Part shown: one piece after another, positions 36,294 through 37,730 of the stretch
Layout of the letters: every line of letters starts with the position of its first letter
How positions within the stretch are numbered: the first letter of the stretch is position 1
Source of the DNA: an archaeon
GTDB lineage: Archaea > Micrarchaeota > Micrarchaeia > Anstonellales > Bilamarchaeaceae
Length of the DNA stretch: 37,730 nucleotides
Reading direction: 5' to 3'
NCBI GenBank assembly: GCA_020052735.1
Contig: JAGVON010000067.1
Coordinates: 1 to 37,730 of the forward strand
Made by a program: the position numbers and the translations under genes
The notes under the pieces: model-generated
Database searches by the model: none
Told to the model about the DNA's origin: nothing
Seen by the model: the letters and a program-made list of their open reading frames with translations, nothing else

Positions 36294-37730
36294 CTACCGC
36301 TTCATGTTCCTTATCGTGTTCCAGAGGTTCTTGAGGGCCAGATGAACATTGACCATCCCGTGGTAGATATTGTCTGTGACCAAGATGACTTTCCTCAGTG
36401 GGGATCTCCTTGCCTTCACCGGCTTCATTATCCCATTCTGCAGCTCAAGATAGCTGTCAATGGATATCTTGGCGCCGTAATCAGCGCCATCGCGGGTGAA
36501 ATGCGTCTGCTTGCGCATCAGGTACACACAGTCGCTGGCCCTGAAAGCGAACCCCCTGTGGAACAGCTCCATCGCGTCGTTGGAGAAGTGTATGACGGTG
36601 CGCGCGTAGGCGAGCGGGCTGACCACTCGCGTGTATGTCCTAACTCCCTCGTAAACATGCAGGTCCGAGTCGGCATACTGCCTCTTCTTGAAACCATTTT
36701 CCTTCTTGCAGTGCATGGAGAATGCGATGGTTATGTTCTTCTGGTCCAGCGTCGCCTGAGTTCCCAGATGTTTCCTCACAATCATCTCAAAGAAGGCCTG
36801 CGTATCGGGGTCTTGGGGGGATGCCAACTTGTCCGGGAATGTGAAGTTGCCGCTGCCAACCAGGTCAATATGGCGCTGGATGAAATCCAGAACCTCGGAT
36901 ATTGACCGTTCGCGCTTTTCCGGGTCGTTGAGAGGTCCTACGCCGACCTGGCCTATCCCTACGTTTATTATCCCGTATACATGCGCCCCGCGCACGGCGA
37001 TGCTGTTGGTCTCGCGCCCCTCATCCAAGATTATTAGCACTTCGTCCTGGTCAATGCGTGGTGCCATGCCCGGCATGTCAAGAGTCCTGCCATTTAGCAC
37101 CTTGTCCCAGAAATCAAGTGCAGTGTGCAGGTCTTTGAAATCAATGTTCAGGTGCATTCCGTTGAGCGCTAGCGGATTCTTCGCGGGAAGGGTGAGCTCA
37201 AGCGAAGGCACCTTCAGCATGCCAGCAGCATCTTCCATATCTGCGATGTCCTCGAAATGTTGCGCATTAATCCAGTTATGGTAGCCCGTGGCGTCAATGT
37301 CGTAATGCCAGAGCATCATCTCGCGGAGTATGTGCATGCGGGAGGAAACGCCGTCGTCCTTGCCGCCGTTCTCGCCCCAGTGACCATGCATGCACGCGTA
37401 TCGGGTGTTCGTGTCTTTTGCCGCGGCAGTTTTAAGGACTGCATCTTTCACTTCGCTAACCCACTCATCCTTCACCTTGGAAGAAGAAAACCTGCGCATG
37501 AGCTGGCGCTTGGAAAGTGCCTTGCCGCCGTCTTCCCGCGAAGGGTCGGTGAAAAGCACCTTTGTGCGGCCAAATAATGAAGTTTTCACAAATACGAAGA
37601 AGTTGGAGTCGCCGGGGACGTCTGGGTTCAGCCCGCGGTTGAGGATTATCTCTCCGCGCTTGCATAACCTCGGGTCGTCTATTACCCCATAGCCGGAACG
37701 CACCAGCTCATCTACGAGCTTCTGCCTCCT
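36294..37730 (-). CDS. Divergent PHP-domain-like metal-dependent phosphoesterase, 5' end beyond the window
   Basis: Frame is open to the window edge. Ordered motifs MHGH...DG, GYHN, SLELT, MHLNI, GAHVY and DSDLH match the PHP metal-ligand pattern. Confidence 0.6.
   Translation of the reverse strand, partial: RRQKLVDELVRSGYGVIDDPRLCKRGEIILNRGLNPDVPGDSNFFVFVKTSLFGRTKVLFTDPSREDGGKALSKRQLMRRFSSSKVKDEWVSEVKDAVLKTAAAKDTNTRYACMHGHWGENGGKDDGVSSRMHILREMMLWHYDIDATGYHNWINAQHFEDIADMEDAAGMLKVPSLELTLPAKNPLALNGMHLNIDFKDLHTALDFWDKVLNGRTLDMPGMAPRIDQDEVLIILDEGRETNSIAVRGAHVYGIINVGIGQVGVGPLNDPEKRERSISEVLDFIQRHIDLVGSGNFTFPDKLASPQDPDTQAFFEMIVRKHLGTQATLDQKNITIAFSMHCKKENGFKKRQYADSDLHVYEGVRTYTRVVSPLAYARTVIHFSNDAMELFHRGFAFRASDCVYLMRKQTHFTRDGADYGAKISIDSYLELQNGIMKPVKARRSPLRKVILVTDNIYHGMVNVHLALKNLWNTIRNMKR

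Overview
Archaeal chromosomal window. It carries gatDE, EF-1beta, spt5, secE, pelota and a tRNA without an encoded CCA. The compact layout and gene content suggest a DPANN archaeon, possibly Micrarchaeota; that lineage call is inference only. The left ~14 kb is mostly housekeeping: gatD (partial), gatE, rpl11, a PQQ-repeat surface protein, EF-1beta with a small Zn-ribbon ORF, folD, glyA, mscS, spt5-secE-ftsZ and tRNA-Arg(GCG). It is interrupted by a non-autonomous IS200/IS605 element with a catalytically intact TnpB, whose right end supplies the folD stop codon. The middle holds a polytopic-membrane-anchored Cdc48-like double AAA ATPase and an AT-rich methyltransferase-nuclease fusion gene that looks recently acquired. 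The most striking region is 18.9-34.9 kb. It is a largely translationally coupled cluster of six divergent paralogous polytopic membrane proteins (CedA/VirB6-like motif pattern, by inference), a 1411-aa Cys-rich lipoprotein with a glycoside-hydrolase-like barrel, and a 1358-aa membrane-anchored helical protein. This is a candidate uncharacterised cell-contact or macromolecule-transfer apparatus. The window also shows near-total avoidance of TCGA outside the foreign DNA, a structured ftsZ-secE spacer, and a ~7.2 kb inversion that split the ancestral ftsZ-secE-spt5-rpl11 cluster.
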